Positions 17,174 to 26,879 of a stretch of 29,841 nt of DNA are shown piece after piece. The notes under the pieces are model-generated. The model saw only the letters and a list, made by a program, of their open reading frames with translations, had not been told where the DNA came from and ran no database searches. The position numbers and the translations under genes were made by a program. Each line of letters opens with the position of its first letter. The stretch's first letter is position 1. The DNA comes from Clostridia bacterium (lineage in GTDB: Bacteria > Bacillota > Clostridia > Oscillospirales > Acutalibacteraceae), in contig JAGAZW010000255.1 in the NCBI GenBank assembly GCA_017939855.1, positions 1 to 29,841 of the forward strand. The letters run 5' to 3'.

Positions 17174-18631
17174 ATGAAGATAGATAACCGCAATCTTACT
17201 ATGCTTATGGACCTGTATGAGCTTACAATGTCTAACGGCATTTTTCAAAGTAGATTAAAAAATACCATAACCTATTTCGATATGTTTTTCCGCCGAGTTC
17301 CAGATAATGGTGGATATGCCATAATGGCAGGTATTGAACAGCTTATTGAATATCTCAATAATCTTCATTTTGATAAGGATGATATTGAGTACCTTAAAAG
17401 TTTAAATTTGTTTTGTGACGAATTTATAGATTATTTGAAAGATTTTGAGTTTGTGTGTGATGTTTGGGCTATCCCCGAAGGCACACCCATATTCCCGCAA
17501 GAACCTATTGTGACTGTTAAAGGTCCTGCAATTCAGGCTATGATGATAGAAACAATGGTTTTACTTACAATAAATCATCAATCCCTTATTGCAACAAAGG
17601 CGAACCGCATTGTTCGTGCGGCCCAGGGCAGACCTGTTATGGAATTTGGTGCTCGAAGAGCGCAGGGTGCAGATGCTGCATACTATGGAGCCAGAGCAGC
17701 AATAATCGGGGGCTGTACCGGTACATCCGATGTAAAAACAGCTAAAGATTTCGGCGTTCGAGCATCGGGTACTATGGCGCACAGTTGGGTCCAGCTTTTT
17801 GACAGTGAATATGAGGCGTTTAAAATTTATGCCGAAACATATCCCGATAGCTGTATGCTTTTAGTTGACACCTATAATGTTTTAAAATCAGGTATACCGA
17901 ATGCAATAAAGGTTTTCAACGAGGTGCTGGAGCCCTTGGGTAAAAGGCCGTTGGGAATTAGAATCGATAGCGGAGATATTACATATATAACAAAAAAGGC
18001 AAGAAAAATGTTGGACGATGCAGGATATCCCGATTGCAAAATATGTGTTTCTAACTCCCTTGATGAGCATCTTATAAGGGATATGATTTTCCAAGGTGCT
18101 ATGGTGGATAGTTACGGTGTGGGCGAAAGACTGATAACAGCCTCCAGTGAAGCGGTTTTCGGAGGTGTTTATAAACTTGCAGCAACCGAGCTAGACGGAG
18201 TTGTTACACCTAAAATAAAAATCAGTGAGAACACTGCAAAAATAACAATTCCAGGAGTTAAAATTCCTTGGCGTCTTTTTGATAATAACACCGGCAAAGC
18301 TATTGCTGATGTTATCACCCTTAACGATGAAATTATAGACGATACAAAGCCTTATGAAATTTTTGACCCCGTCTATACATGGAAACGAAAGACAATAACG
18401 AATTTTACTGCCCAAAAGCTTCAAAAGCGTATTTTCAATAAGGGCAGTCAGGTTTATACTTCACCAACCGTTCAGGAAATTTCAGACTTTAGGGCAGCAC
18501 AGGTAGAAACTCTTTGGGACGAGGTAACCCGTTTTGAAAAGCCTCATAACTATTATGTGGATTTATCCCAAAACCTATGGAATCAGAGAAATGATTTACT
18601 CAATAAGTTTAATAAAGGAGAAAAATCATGA
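17174..18631 (+). CDS. pncB: Nicotinate phosphoribosyltransferase
   Basis: MLMDLYELTM, MEFGARRAQG, GTMAHSWV (phospho-His), LLVDTYN, GIRIDSGD. Start placed at ATG 17174 after GAGG; GTG 17159 is an alternative. Confidence 0.95.
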   Translation: MKIDNRNLTMLMDLYELTMSNGIFQSRLKNTITYFDMFFRRVPDNGGYAIMAGIEQLIEYLNNLHFDKDDIEYLKSLNLFCDEFIDYLKDFEFVCDVWAIPEGTPIFPQEPIVTVKGPAIQAMMIETMVLLTINHQSLIATKANRIVRAAQGRPVMEFGARRAQGADAAYYGARAAIIGGCTGTSDVKTAKDFGVRASGTMAHSWVQLFDSEYEAFKIYAETYPDSCMLLVDTYNVLKSGIPNAIKVFNEVLEPLGKRPLGIRIDSGDITYITKKARKMLDDAGYPDCKICVSNSLDEHLIRDMIFQGAMVDSYGVGERLITASSEAVFGGVYKLAATELDGVVTPKIKISENTAKITIPGVKIPWRLFDNNTGKAIADVITLNDEIIDDTKPYEIFDPVYTWKRKTITNFTAQKLQKRIFNKGSQVYTSPTVQEISDFRAAQVETLWDEVTRFEKPHNYYVDLSQNLWNQRNDLLNKFNKGEKS

Positions 18632-19230
18632 GAAGGATAATAACTTTATTGCTTTCGTTAATCGTTGCTTTGTGTTTTGTATCCTGCTCAAAAGCAGAAA
18701 AACAAAAGCAGTCTAAAATAGGCATAGATGTTGAATACTATGCAAAGGCAGGACAAATACCCGAATGTGAATATCATTTAGGTCAAAATGTAGATGAAAT
18801 GCTTTTGCAGCTTCAGCAAAGACAAGAAGCTGCCGAAGAGGAGCTCGGAGAGGGTACTCATCATCATAGCGCCGAGCTTGATAAAAACTTCTATTATCAT
18901 AACGAGGAAATGGGTCTTATAATAACCTACGGTGAGAACGGTTGTACGTACCGTTATGATACCGATGAAAAACAAAAGGGAATAACCCATATTATTTCAT
19001 CAAACACCGCCTACGAGTTTGAGGTAAGTGATGTTTCTACCGAAATTAAAAAGGCTATGAGCTCTTATGGTTTTAATACCGAGGAAAGAGCCCTTACCGA
19101 GAATGAAATATCTTATTATGGTGCAGCCGAAAATGCGACCGCACTCGAATATAAATTCAGCGGAAAGACAGTTTTGTTTATTTTCAACGACAACGCTCTT
19201 TTCGCAACCGCCCTTTATTACGCAGATTAA
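18628..19230 (+). CDS. Hypothetical lipoprotein
   Basis: Signal peptide MRRIITLLLSLIVALCFVS-C with lipobox-like FVSC; AAAGGAG RBS; ATGA overlap with pncB. No family recognised. Confidence 0.75.
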   Translation: MRRIITLLLSLIVALCFVSCSKAEKQKQSKIGIDVEYYAKAGQIPECEYHLGQNVDEMLLQLQQRQEAAEEELGEGTHHHSAELDKNFYYHNEEMGLIITYGENGCTYRYDTDEKQKGITHIISSNTAYEFEVSDVSTEIKKAMSSYGFNTEERALTENEISYYGAAENATALEYKFSGKTVLFIFNDNALFATALYYAD

Positions 19231-19242
19231 AAGGAGAAACTA

Positions 19243-21639
19243 ATGCCAACCGAAGAAAAAGTAATGCCAACAACCTTGCCGGTTGTCGCACTCAGAGGTC
19301 TAGTCGCCTTTCCGAATATGATGCTCACTCTTGATGTGGGTAGAAAAAAGTCGGTTAAGGCGCTTAATAGTGCGATGGATTCAAATCAACTGATATATTT
19401 GATAACACAAAAGGATATAACCGTAAACGAACCGAAATGTGACGATTTATATGAAATCGGATGCGTTTGCAGAGTGCGTCAGGTATTCAAAATGGGAGAA
19501 AATGTGAAGGTTCTTTGCGAGGGACTATACCGAGCAAAGCACATCACATTTGCCGACACAGGTTCGCATTTTGTGTCTATGGTACAAAAATGCGAAGAAA
19601 AAGAAATAAAAAATCGACCTGTATATATTGAAACTCTTTTAAGAAAGGTAAGAGCAGCGTTTGAAGGATATTTACAGGTCAATTCCTCCCTTGCGGCAGA
19701 TATCGCCTTGACGGTAGCAACAGCCGACGACATAGCATATTTATGTGATTTTATAGCCTTTAATATTCCGGCTCCGTTTGATGACAAGCAGTATGTTTTA
19801 GAACAGCTTTCTCCTGTAACACGAGCAAAAATTTTGTTGGAATTGCTTTCAAAAGAAAAAGAGATTTGTGAAATAGACAATCGCATAAGCGAAAAGACAC
19901 GTCATCGTCTCGACGATAATCAAAAGGATTATTATTTAAAAGAACAAATTAAGGTTATAAGCGATGAGCTTTACGGTGATGACAGTGCCGATGAAATAGA
20001 TAACTATTATGCAAAGACCGATGCTTTAAAAGCACCCGAAAGCGTTAAGGAAAAGATGCGTTCGGAAATTAATAAACTTGCTAAAATGCCTCAGGGTTCT
20101 CATGAGGGAACGATTTCAAGAGGCTGGTTGGATCTTTGTCTGGATTTGCCTTGGAACACCTTTGATGAATCCTCGGTAAATATAAAACGTGCCGAAAAAA
20201 TTCTCAACAGAGATTTTCACGGTATGAAAAAGGTTAAAGAAAGAATTCTTGAGATGCTTTCGGTTTATGCCTTGAATCCTGATATAACCGGTCAGATTTT
20301 ATGTCTTTCGGGTCCTCCCGGGGTAGGAAAAACATCTATCGGTAAAACTGTCGCAGAATGTATGGGAAGAAAATTTGCGAGAATTTCTTTAGGCGGGATG
20401 CACGATGAAGCCGAAATTCGTGGTCATAGAAAAACCTACATAGGCTCTATGCCGGGAAGAATCATAAATGCTATAAAGCAGTCGGGCGCATCAAATCCGC
20501 TTATACTTTTAGACGAAATCGATAAACTTTCAAGTGATTATAAGGGTGACCCCGCTTCAGCACTTTTGGAAGTTTTGGATCCGGAGCAAAATCATAGTTT
20601 CTGTGATAATTTTTTAGAAATTCCTTATGATTTAAGCCGTGTTGTATTTCTCACAACAGCCAATAATCTTGATACCATTCCGGCACCACTGCTTGATCGT
20701 ATGGAGGTTATTTCTCTCGAAGGATATACAAGAGAAGAAAAATTCCATATTGCAAAGAAACATCTTGTTTCAAAACAGATTAGACGTCATGCTATGGATA
20801 CAAAAAAATGCAAAATAACCGATGGTGCGCTTTACGGTCTTATAGATTTCTACACAAGAGAAGCGGGAGTGAGAAAGCTTGAGCGTTCAATAGCTTCTCT
20901 TTGCTCGAAGGCAGCAAAACGTATTGCGTCGGGGGATGCTAAAAGTGTTACAATAAAAGAAAATGACCTTGAACTGCTTTTAGGACAACACAAATATAAT
21001 CCCGAAGAAATTTTGAAAAATGACGAAGTAGGTATTATAAACGGTCTTGCATGGACTGCTGTAGGCGGGGAAATTATGCAGCTTGAGGTTGCGGCGTTTA
21101 AGGGCACAGGTAAAATTCAACTCACAGGCTCTCTCGGCGATGTTATGAAGGAATCGGCAAATGCTGCAGTGACCTTTGTTCGCTTAAATGCAGCCAAATA
21201 CGGCATTGACCCCGATTTTTATAAAGATATGGACATTCATATCCATGCTACCGAGGCGGCGGTCCCAAAAGACGGACCTTCTGCAGGTGTTACCATAACG
21301 ACTGCTTTGATTTCTGCTCTGACAGGCAGAGAAGTGCGTCGGGACATTGCTATGACAGGAGAGGTAACCATTCGTGGTCGAGTGCTTAGAATCGGTGGGC
21401 TTAAAGAGAAGTCTATGGCAGCGTATAGAGGTGGAGTAAAGACTGTATTTATTCCGCAAAGCAATCTTCCGGACATGGAGGAATTAGACGATGTTGTTAA
21501 ACAAAATGTTCGTTTTGTTCCGGTAAGTTATGTGGGAGATATTATAGATAATGCGCTGTTGGGAGTAGAGCACAAAAGTGAAAGCAAAGAATACTCTCCT
21601 ATAGCCGCAAACACGGCAAAATCAGGTATAAGACAATGA
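19243..21639 (+). CDS. lon: ATP-dependent Lon protease
   Basis: LPVVALRGLVAFP, Walker A GPPGVGKTS, Walker B LLDEIDK, KDGPSAG (catalytic Ser), IGGLKEK (catalytic Lys). Confidence 0.97.
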   Translation: MPTEEKVMPTTLPVVALRGLVAFPNMMLTLDVGRKKSVKALNSAMDSNQLIYLITQKDITVNEPKCDDLYEIGCVCRVRQVFKMGENVKVLCEGLYRAKHITFADTGSHFVSMVQKCEEKEIKNRPVYIETLLRKVRAAFEGYLQVNSSLAADIALTVATADDIAYLCDFIAFNIPAPFDDKQYVLEQLSPVTRAKILLELLSKEKEICEIDNRISEKTRHRLDDNQKDYYLKEQIKVISDELYGDDSADEIDNYYAKTDALKAPESVKEKMRSEINKLAKMPQGSHEGTISRGWLDLCLDLPWNTFDESSVNIKRAEKILNRDFHGMKKVKERILEMLSVYALNPDITGQILCLSGPPGVGKTSIGKTVAECMGRKFARISLGGMHDEAEIRGHRKTYIGSMPGRIINAIKQSGASNPLILLDEIDKLSSDYKGDPASALLEVLDPEQNHSFCDNFLEIPYDLSRVVFLTTANNLDTIPAPLLDRMEVISLEGYTREEKFHIAKKHLVSKQIRRHAMDTKKCKITDGALYGLIDFYTREAGVRKLERSIASLCSKAAKRIASGDAKSVTIKENDLELLLGQHKYNPEEILKNDEVGIINGLAWTAVGGEIMQLEVAAFKGTGKIQLTGSLGDVMKESANAAVTFVRLNAAKYGIDPDFYKDMDIHIHATEAAVPKDGPSAGVTITTALISALTGREVRRDIAMTGEVTIRGRVLRIGGLKEKSMAAYRGGVKTVFIPQSNLPDMEELDDVVKQNVRFVPVSYVGDIIDNALLGVEHKSESKEYSPIAANTAKSGIRQ

Positions 21640-22223
21640 ATTGGAATAATGTAAACTTTGAAGCAGCCTTCGGCACTTTAGAGCAAATTTTTCCCTCTGA
21701 TCTTCCTGAAATCTGCTTTTCGGGACGTTCGAATGTGGGCAAATCCTCGCTGATAAATAAAATACTTAACCGAAAATCTATAGCTCGGGTAAGCTCGACT
21801 CCCGGTAAAACCGTTACGATAAATTTTTATAAATTAGACGGTTTGCGGTTAGTGGATCTACCCGGTTATGGGTATGCTAAGGTAAACGACAGCGAAAAAC
21901 AACGCTGGGCGTCCTTGATGGAAGGGTATTTTAGAAGCGGCAGAAATATTAAGCTTGTTTTTCAGCTTATCGATATGCGCAGGGGAGCTACAGAATACGA
22001 TATATCCATGATAGAGTTTATGCGATATATGAAAATTCCTTTCGCCATAGTTCTAACAAAGTGTGACAAATTAAATAAAGGTGAGTTTAATAATTCCTTA
22101 AAGGATATAAAAGAACAGCTTAAAGAGATAATTGAGCAGAGTCCTGTACTGCCGTTTTCTGCACTAAAAAACATAGGTGTTGAAGATATAAGACAGACGA
22201 TAATTAAAAGCATAGAAAAGTAA
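21636..22223 (+). CDS. engB: Ribosome biogenesis GTPase EngB/YsxC/YihA
   Basis: GRSNVGKSSLIN, SSTPGKT, DLPGYG, TKCDK; follows lon. Confidence 0.96.
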   Translation: MNWNNVNFEAAFGTLEQIFPSDLPEICFSGRSNVGKSSLINKILNRKSIARVSSTPGKTVTINFYKLDGLRLVDLPGYGYAKVNDSEKQRWASLMEGYFRSGRNIKLVFQLIDMRRGATEYDISMIEFMRYMKIPFAIVLTKCDKLNKGEFNNSLKDIKEQLKEIIEQSPVLPFSALKNIGVEDIRQTIIKSIEK

Positions 22224-22226
22224 GGA

Positions 22227-22254
22227 TTGACTTTTTTATAAAAAATGGTATAAT
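22227..22254 (+). promoter_or_regulatory. Sigma-A promoter of the T-box-asnS-asnA operon
   Basis: TTGACT, 16 nt, TATAAT, with TG in the extended -10 position. Confidence 0.8.
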
Positions 22255-22270
22255 TTGAATATATTTAGAA

Positions 22271-22534
22271 AAGGCTATGACAAAGAAAAGTAATAAAGAA
22301 AACGGTGTAAAGTGAGTCGCAGGTAGTGAAAATGCGAAGATACGCTCTTTATGAAGAACACTTTAGCAGCTGTAAACTGAAAAACTTTTGGTTTAGTAGG
22401 TACGCCGTATCCTCTGCGTTAAAGGGGTAAAGGTTTTTGTGACCTGATAAGGTGACTGCTTTGCAGTAATTTAGGTGGCACCGCGGATAATGCGTCTATT
22501 CGTCCTAATTTTTAGGGCAAATGGGCGCTTTTTT
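22271..22534 (+). ncRNA. T-box riboswitch, asparagine specifier
   Basis: T-box AATTTAGGTGGCACCGCG at 22468-22485; specifier loop GAAG-AAC-A with AAC (Asn) at 22357-22359; AGTA and GCGTTA elements; terminator GCGTCTATT...AATGGGCGC-TTTTTT at 22492-22534; upstream of asnS. Confidence 0.93.
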
Positions 22535-22557
22535 AATAATAATAACGGAGTGATATT

Positions 22558-23931
22558 ATGAAACATATCGACATTTATGAAATTTTAGATGGCAAATATA
22601 CAGAGCAAAAAGTGACCGTTTGCGGATGGGTGCGTACTTCTCGTGATTCTAAAAATATGGCATTTTTAGAGCTGAACGACGGCACTAGCTTAAAGCATCT
22701 TCAGATAGTTATTGACAAGGCGGTTTTAAGTGAAATTTCGGAATTTATGAAGCTGGGCACCTCCTTAAAGGTGGAGGGTACGGTTGTAAAGTCTGTGGTA
22801 GCACAGGACAGCTTTGAAGTAAATGCTGAAAATATCGAGGTTTTAGGCAAGTGTGACGCAGAATACCCGCTGCAGAAAAAACGCCATACGCTTGAGTATC
22901 TTCGCACAATGCCCGCTTTGCGAGTGCGAACAAATACTTTTAATGCAGTATTTCGTGTACGCTCGGTTGTATCTGCCTGTATTCACGAGTTCTTTCAGAA
23001 AAGAAGATATACCTATATTCATACACCCCTTATTACCGCTTCCGACTGTGAAGGTGCTGGTGAAATGTTCAGGGTAACGACCCATGGCTTTAACACCGAG
23101 TTTAAAACCGAGGAGGAATATAATGCGGCAGATTTCTTTGGAAAAAAGGCTGCCCTTTCGGTTTCGGGTCAGTTAGAGGGCGAGGTAGCTGCAATGGCGC
23201 TCGGCAAGATTTATACCTTCGGACCCTCCTTCCGTGCAGAAAAAAGCAACACCCCACGTCACGTAGCGGAATTTTGGCATGTTGAACCGGAGGTCGCTTT
23301 TGCAGAACTCCCCGATATAATCGAAATAGCACAGGACCTTATTAAGCATATAATAAATACAGTTCTTAATGAATGTGCTCAGGAGCTGAAATTCTTTGAT
23401 GCGCATTTTGAAAAGGGACTTATCGAAAAGTTAAAATCTGTTGTCTCTAATAATTTTGCGGTTATGACCTACACAGAGGCTATCGAAAAGCTGCTCGAAA
23501 GCGGTGAAAAATTCCAATATCCTGTAGAATGGGGTTGTGACCTTATGACCGAGCATGAGCGCTATATATCTGAGGTCATATGTAAGCGTCCTGTTTTCTT
23601 GACAGATTATCCTAAGGAAATAAAGTCCTTTTATATGAAGCAGAATACCGATGGCAAAACAGTTGCCGCAACCGACCTTTTAGTACCTGGAGTAGGCGAA
23701 ATTATTGGTTGCAGTGAGCGTGAAGCAGACCTCGATAAGCTGCTTGAGGCTATGAAGGTAAGGGGTATGAATATAGACGATTATAATGATTATATCGCTC
23801 TTCGTCGTTTCGGCTCGGTTCCTCATAGTGGTTTCGGTTTAGGACTTGAAAGAATGATTATGTATGTGACAGGAGTTCAGAATATACGTGATGTTATTCT
23901 CTATCCGAGGACGGTAGGAACCATATCGTAA
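22558..23931 (+). CDS. asnS: Asparagine--tRNA ligase
   Basis: VCGWVRTSR, LQKKRHTLEYLR, SDCEGAGEMF, FRAEKSNTPRHVAEFW, PHSGFGLGLER. Confidence 0.96.
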   Translation: MKHIDIYEILDGKYTEQKVTVCGWVRTSRDSKNMAFLELNDGTSLKHLQIVIDKAVLSEISEFMKLGTSLKVEGTVVKSVVAQDSFEVNAENIEVLGKCDAEYPLQKKRHTLEYLRTMPALRVRTNTFNAVFRVRSVVSACIHEFFQKRRYTYIHTPLITASDCEGAGEMFRVTTHGFNTEFKTEEEYNAADFFGKKAALSVSGQLEGEVAAMALGKIYTFGPSFRAEKSNTPRHVAEFWHVEPEVAFAELPDIIEIAQDLIKHIINTVLNECAQELKFFDAHFEKGLIEKLKSVVSNNFAVMTYTEAIEKLLESGEKFQYPVEWGCDLMTEHERYISEVICKRPVFLTDYPKEIKSFYMKQNTDGKTVAATDLLVPGVGEIIGCSEREADLDKLLEAMKVRGMNIDDYNDYIALRRFGSVPHSGFGLGLERMIMYVTGVQNIRDVILYPRTVGTIS

Positions 23932-23943
23932 AGGGAGGCAGTT

Positions 23944-24933
23944 ATGGAAAGATATATTTCAAAGCTGGATATTCTTGAAACACAGAGTGCAATAAAGATA
24001 TTGCGTCACCGTTTCGAAGATGAATTGAGTGCGGCTCTTAATCTGAGCCGTGTTTCAGCACCTCTTTTTGTTAAAAAGGGAAGTGGACTCAACGACGATT
24101 TAAACGGTGTTGAACGCCCAGTTTCTTTCGATATTGCCGAAACGGGTGAGGTTGTTGAGGTAGTTCATAGTCTTGCTAAGTGGAAAAGAATGGCATTGGC
24201 AGAATATGATGTTCGGTTAGGCTCGGGTATCTATACCGATATGAATGCTATTCGTCGTGACGAAAAATGCGATAATATTCACTCTCTTTATGTAGACCAG
24301 TGGGATTGGGAAAAGGCAATTTCAAAGGAAGACAGAAATGTTGAGTATCTTAAAAATACAGTAAGAGATATTTATGCAGCGATTTTAAAAGTCGCCGATG
24401 AGATAGAGCAGAAATACCCGACACTTGATAACTATCTACCGCAAGAAATTGCTTTTATAACCTCTCAGGAGCTTGAAGATAAATATCCTTCCCTTTCCTC
24501 CAAAGAAAGAGAAAATGCAGTGGCTAAGGAATATGGTGCAGTATTTTTAATGCAGATAGGCTCAAAGCTGAAAAGCGGCAAAAAGCATGATGGCAGAGCC
24601 CCCGATTATGACGATTGGTCCTTAAACGGTGATATCCTTGTGTATAACAGAGTTTTAGACGCATCCTTTGAGCTTTCCTCAATGGGAATAAGGGTAGATA
24701 AAAATACCCTTATGCGCCAATTGCAAGAAGAATCTGCCCAAGAAAGATTAACACTACCTTTCCATAAAGCATTAATGGAGGATAAGTTGCCACTATCAAT
24801 AGGCGGTGGTATAGGTCAGTCAAGGCTTTGTATGTTGCTGCTGCATAAGCTTCATATAGGTGAAGTGCATGTATCTGTCTGGCCTGAAGCCGAAAGAAAG
24901 CGCTGCGAAGAATTAGGTATTAAGCTGTTATAA
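23944..24933 (+). CDS. asnA: Aspartate--ammonia ligase (asparagine synthetase A)
   Basis: LNDDLNGVERPVSF, VHSLAKWKR, YVDQWDWEK, HDGRAPDYDDW, IGGGIGQSRL. Confidence 0.96.
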   Translation: MERYISKLDILETQSAIKILRHRFEDELSAALNLSRVSAPLFVKKGSGLNDDLNGVERPVSFDIAETGEVVEVVHSLAKWKRMALAEYDVRLGSGIYTDMNAIRRDEKCDNIHSLYVDQWDWEKAISKEDRNVEYLKNTVRDIYAAILKVADEIEQKYPTLDNYLPQEIAFITSQELEDKYPSLSSKERENAVAKEYGAVFLMQIGSKLKSGKKHDGRAPDYDDWSLNGDILVYNRVLDASFELSSMGIRVDKNTLMRQLQEESAQERLTLPFHKALMEDKLPLSIGGGIGQSRLCMLLLHKLHIGEVHVSVWPEAERKRCEELGIKLL

Positions 24934-24942
24934 CCATCATAA

Positions 24943-24974
24943 AAAACCTCGTGCCGAAATCGGCACGAGGTTTT
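24943..24974. terminator. Bidirectional terminator between asnA and acpP
   Basis: AAAACCTCGTGCCGA-AA-TCGGCACGAGGTTTT perfect inverted repeat. Confidence 0.92.
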
Positions 24975-24988
24975 AAAAATATTATAAA

Positions 24989-25216
24989 TTATGAATTGTT
25001 TTGAATATATTCAACAAGACTGCCTATAGTCTTAAGATTTTCAATTTCTTCGTCAGGTATTGTAACGCCGAATTCGTCCTCAATAGCCATAAGCATTTCA
25101 ACAACATCAAGACTGTCGGCACCCAAATCGTCGGCGATATCGGTTTCCATAGTCATTGATTCTAAATCGGCATCAAGCTGCTGAGCTAACATTTCTTTAA
25201 TTTTTTCGAATACCAT
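24989..25216 (-). CDS. acpP: Acyl carrier protein
   Basis: 75 aa, acidic, DLGADSLDVVEM phosphopantetheine Ser motif; AAGGAAGG RBS. Confidence 0.95.
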   Translation of the reverse strand: MVFEKIKEMLAQQLDADLESMTMETDIADDLGADSLDVVEMLMAIEDEFGVTIPDEEIENLKTIGSLVEYIQNNS

Positions 25217-25258
25217 AAGTAAAAGGCCTTCCTTTCAAAATAAAAAGTTTCTAATAAA

Positions 25259-25287
25259 ATAATATTGCGTTTCAGCGGATTTGTCAA
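25259..25287 (-). promoter_or_regulatory. Sigma-A promoter of acpP
   Basis: Minus strand TTGACA (25287-25282), 17 nt, TATTAT (25264-25259). Confidence 0.7.
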
Positions 25288-25311
25288 CATATTTTTTTAC
25301 GAATAAAAATG

Positions 25312-25340
25312 TTGCAAAAAGCGGCATTATAAAGTATAAT
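25312..25340 (+). promoter_or_regulatory. Sigma-A promoter of proS
   Basis: TTGCAA, 17 nt, TATAAT. Confidence 0.7.
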
Positions 25341-25385
25341 ATATCATATGTGTAAAAATTTTCAAAATATACTAGGGGTATAGAA

Positions 25386-26819
25386 ATGGCAAATGAAAAA
25401 ATGGTGAAAGCAATAACCTCAATGGAGGAAGATTTTGCGAAGTGGTATACCGATGTTTGTATAAAGGCAGAGCTTGTTGACTATTCGTCGGTTAAGGGCT
25501 GTATGATAATCCGGCCATACGGTTATGCAATATGGGAAAACATTCAAAGGATAATGGACGACCATTTTAAACAAACAGGACATGAGAATGTTTATATGCC
25601 TATGTTTATTCCCGAGAGCCTTTTGCAAAAGGAAAAGGATCATGTTGAAGGATTTGCTCCGGAGGTTGCCTGGGTGACTCACGGAGGGGATGAGAAGCTG
25701 GAGGAGCGTCTTTGCGTACGTCCTACCTCCGAAACCTTGTTTTGCGACCATTTTAAAAATATAGTTCATTCATATAGAGATTTGCCAAAGCTTTATAATC
25801 AGTGGTGTAGTGTTGTGCGTTGGGAGAAAACTACACGTCCTTTCCTGCGTTCTCGAGAGTTTTTGTGGCAGGAGGGTCATACTCTCCACGCAACCGCCGA
25901 GGAGGCAAAGTTAGAAACCGAGCAAATGCTTAATGTTTATGCTAAGGTTGCAGAGGAATATTTTGCAATGCCGGTAGTAAAGGGTCAGAAGACCGAAAAA
26001 GAGCGTTTTGCAGGAGCTGAGGCTACCTATACCATTGAAGCTTTAATGCACGATGGCAAGGCTCTGCAAAGCGGCACATCCCATTATTTCGGTGATGGTT
26101 TTTCACGTGCATTTGATGTATGTTATACAGATAAGGATAATAAACCTGTTCATCCTTTCCAGACTTCATGGGGTACCACTACTCGTCTTATTGGTGCTGT
26201 TATTATGACTCATGGCGATGATAATGGTCTTGTTCTTCCACCTGCGATTGCTCCGATTCAGGTGGTTGTCGTTCCGATTGCCTCGCATAAACCGGGAGTT
26301 AATGAAAAGGCTGAGGAAATTTATGAAACGCTCAAAAAGGTAAGCAGAGTCAAACTCGACAACTCCGACCAGTCTCCCGGATGGAAATTTGCCGAATATG
26401 AAATGAAGGGCGTACCGCTTAGAATCGAGATAGGTCCCAGAGATATCGAAAACGGCTGCTGTGTTGTTGTTCGCAGAGACAACAGGGAAAAGATCGTTGT
26501 CGCTCTCAGTGAATTGGAAACTAAAATTCCCGAGCTTTTAAAGGCTGTCAGAGATGGTCTTTATGAAAAGGCTCTTGAGCGCAGAGCAAATATGACCTAT
26601 GATGTTAAAACTCTCGACGAAATGAAAAAAAACGCCGACGAAAAGCCAGGGTTTATCAGAGCTATGTGGTGCGGCGACAGAGAGTGTGAGGATAAATTGA
26701 AGGAAATTTGCGGCGTAACCTCTCGTTGTATTCCTTTCGAGCAAGACAAGATTTCAGATACCTGTGTTTGCTGCGGCAAAAAAGCTGATAAAATGCTCTA
26801 TTGGGGCAAAGCATACTAA
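25386..26819 (+). CDS. proS: Proline--tRNA ligase, archaeal/eukaryotic type (no INS editing domain, C-terminal Cys cluster)
   Basis: [38 protein letters not shown]; C-terminal CGDREC...RCIPF...CVCC and terminal KAY. Confidence 0.96.
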   Translation: MANEKMVKAITSMEEDFAKWYTDVCIKAELVDYSSVKGCMIIRPYGYAIWENIQRIMDDHFKQTGHENVYMPMFIPESLLQKEKDHVEGFAPEVAWVTHGGDEKLEERLCVRPTSETLFCDHFKNIVHSYRDLPKLYNQWCSVVRWEKTTRPFLRSREFLWQEGHTLHATAEEAKLETEQMLNVYAKVAEEYFAMPVVKGQKTEKERFAGAEATYTIEALMHDGKALQSGTSHYFGDGFSRAFDVCYTDKDNKPVHPFQTSWGTTTRLIGAVIMTHGDDNGLVLPPAIAPIQVVVVPIASHKPGVNEKAEEIYETLKKVSRVKLDNSDQSPGWKFAEYEMKGVPLRIEIGPRDIENGCCVVVRRDNREKIVVALSELETKIPELLKAVRDGLYEKALERRANMTYDVKTLDEMKKNADEKPGFIRAMWCGDRECEDKLKEICGVTSRCIPFEQDKISDTCVCCGKKADKMLYWGKAY

Positions 26820-26852
26820 TAAAAAGGTTCCCGAAGTTCGGGAACCTTTTTT
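26820..26852. terminator. Bidirectional terminator between proS and the CofE-like gene
   Basis: AAAAAGGTTCCCGAA-G-TTCGGGAACCTTTTT perfect inverted repeat. Confidence 0.92.
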
Positions 26853-26879
26853 GCGTATGGATATTTATTAGTATAGCGA

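Noticed and set aside
16946-17248. Antisense ORFs of 60-142 aa in the ORF track (this one, 5017-5445, 12312-12731, 19479-19886, 29388-29720 and others)
   Set aside because: All overlap well-supported genes on the opposite strand or in another frame, with no recognisable motif or RBS; treated as shadow ORFs.
18780-18787. CtsR-like heptad AGGTCAAA upstream of lon
   Set aside because: Single half-site inside a coding region, with no tandem repeat and no adjacent promoter.
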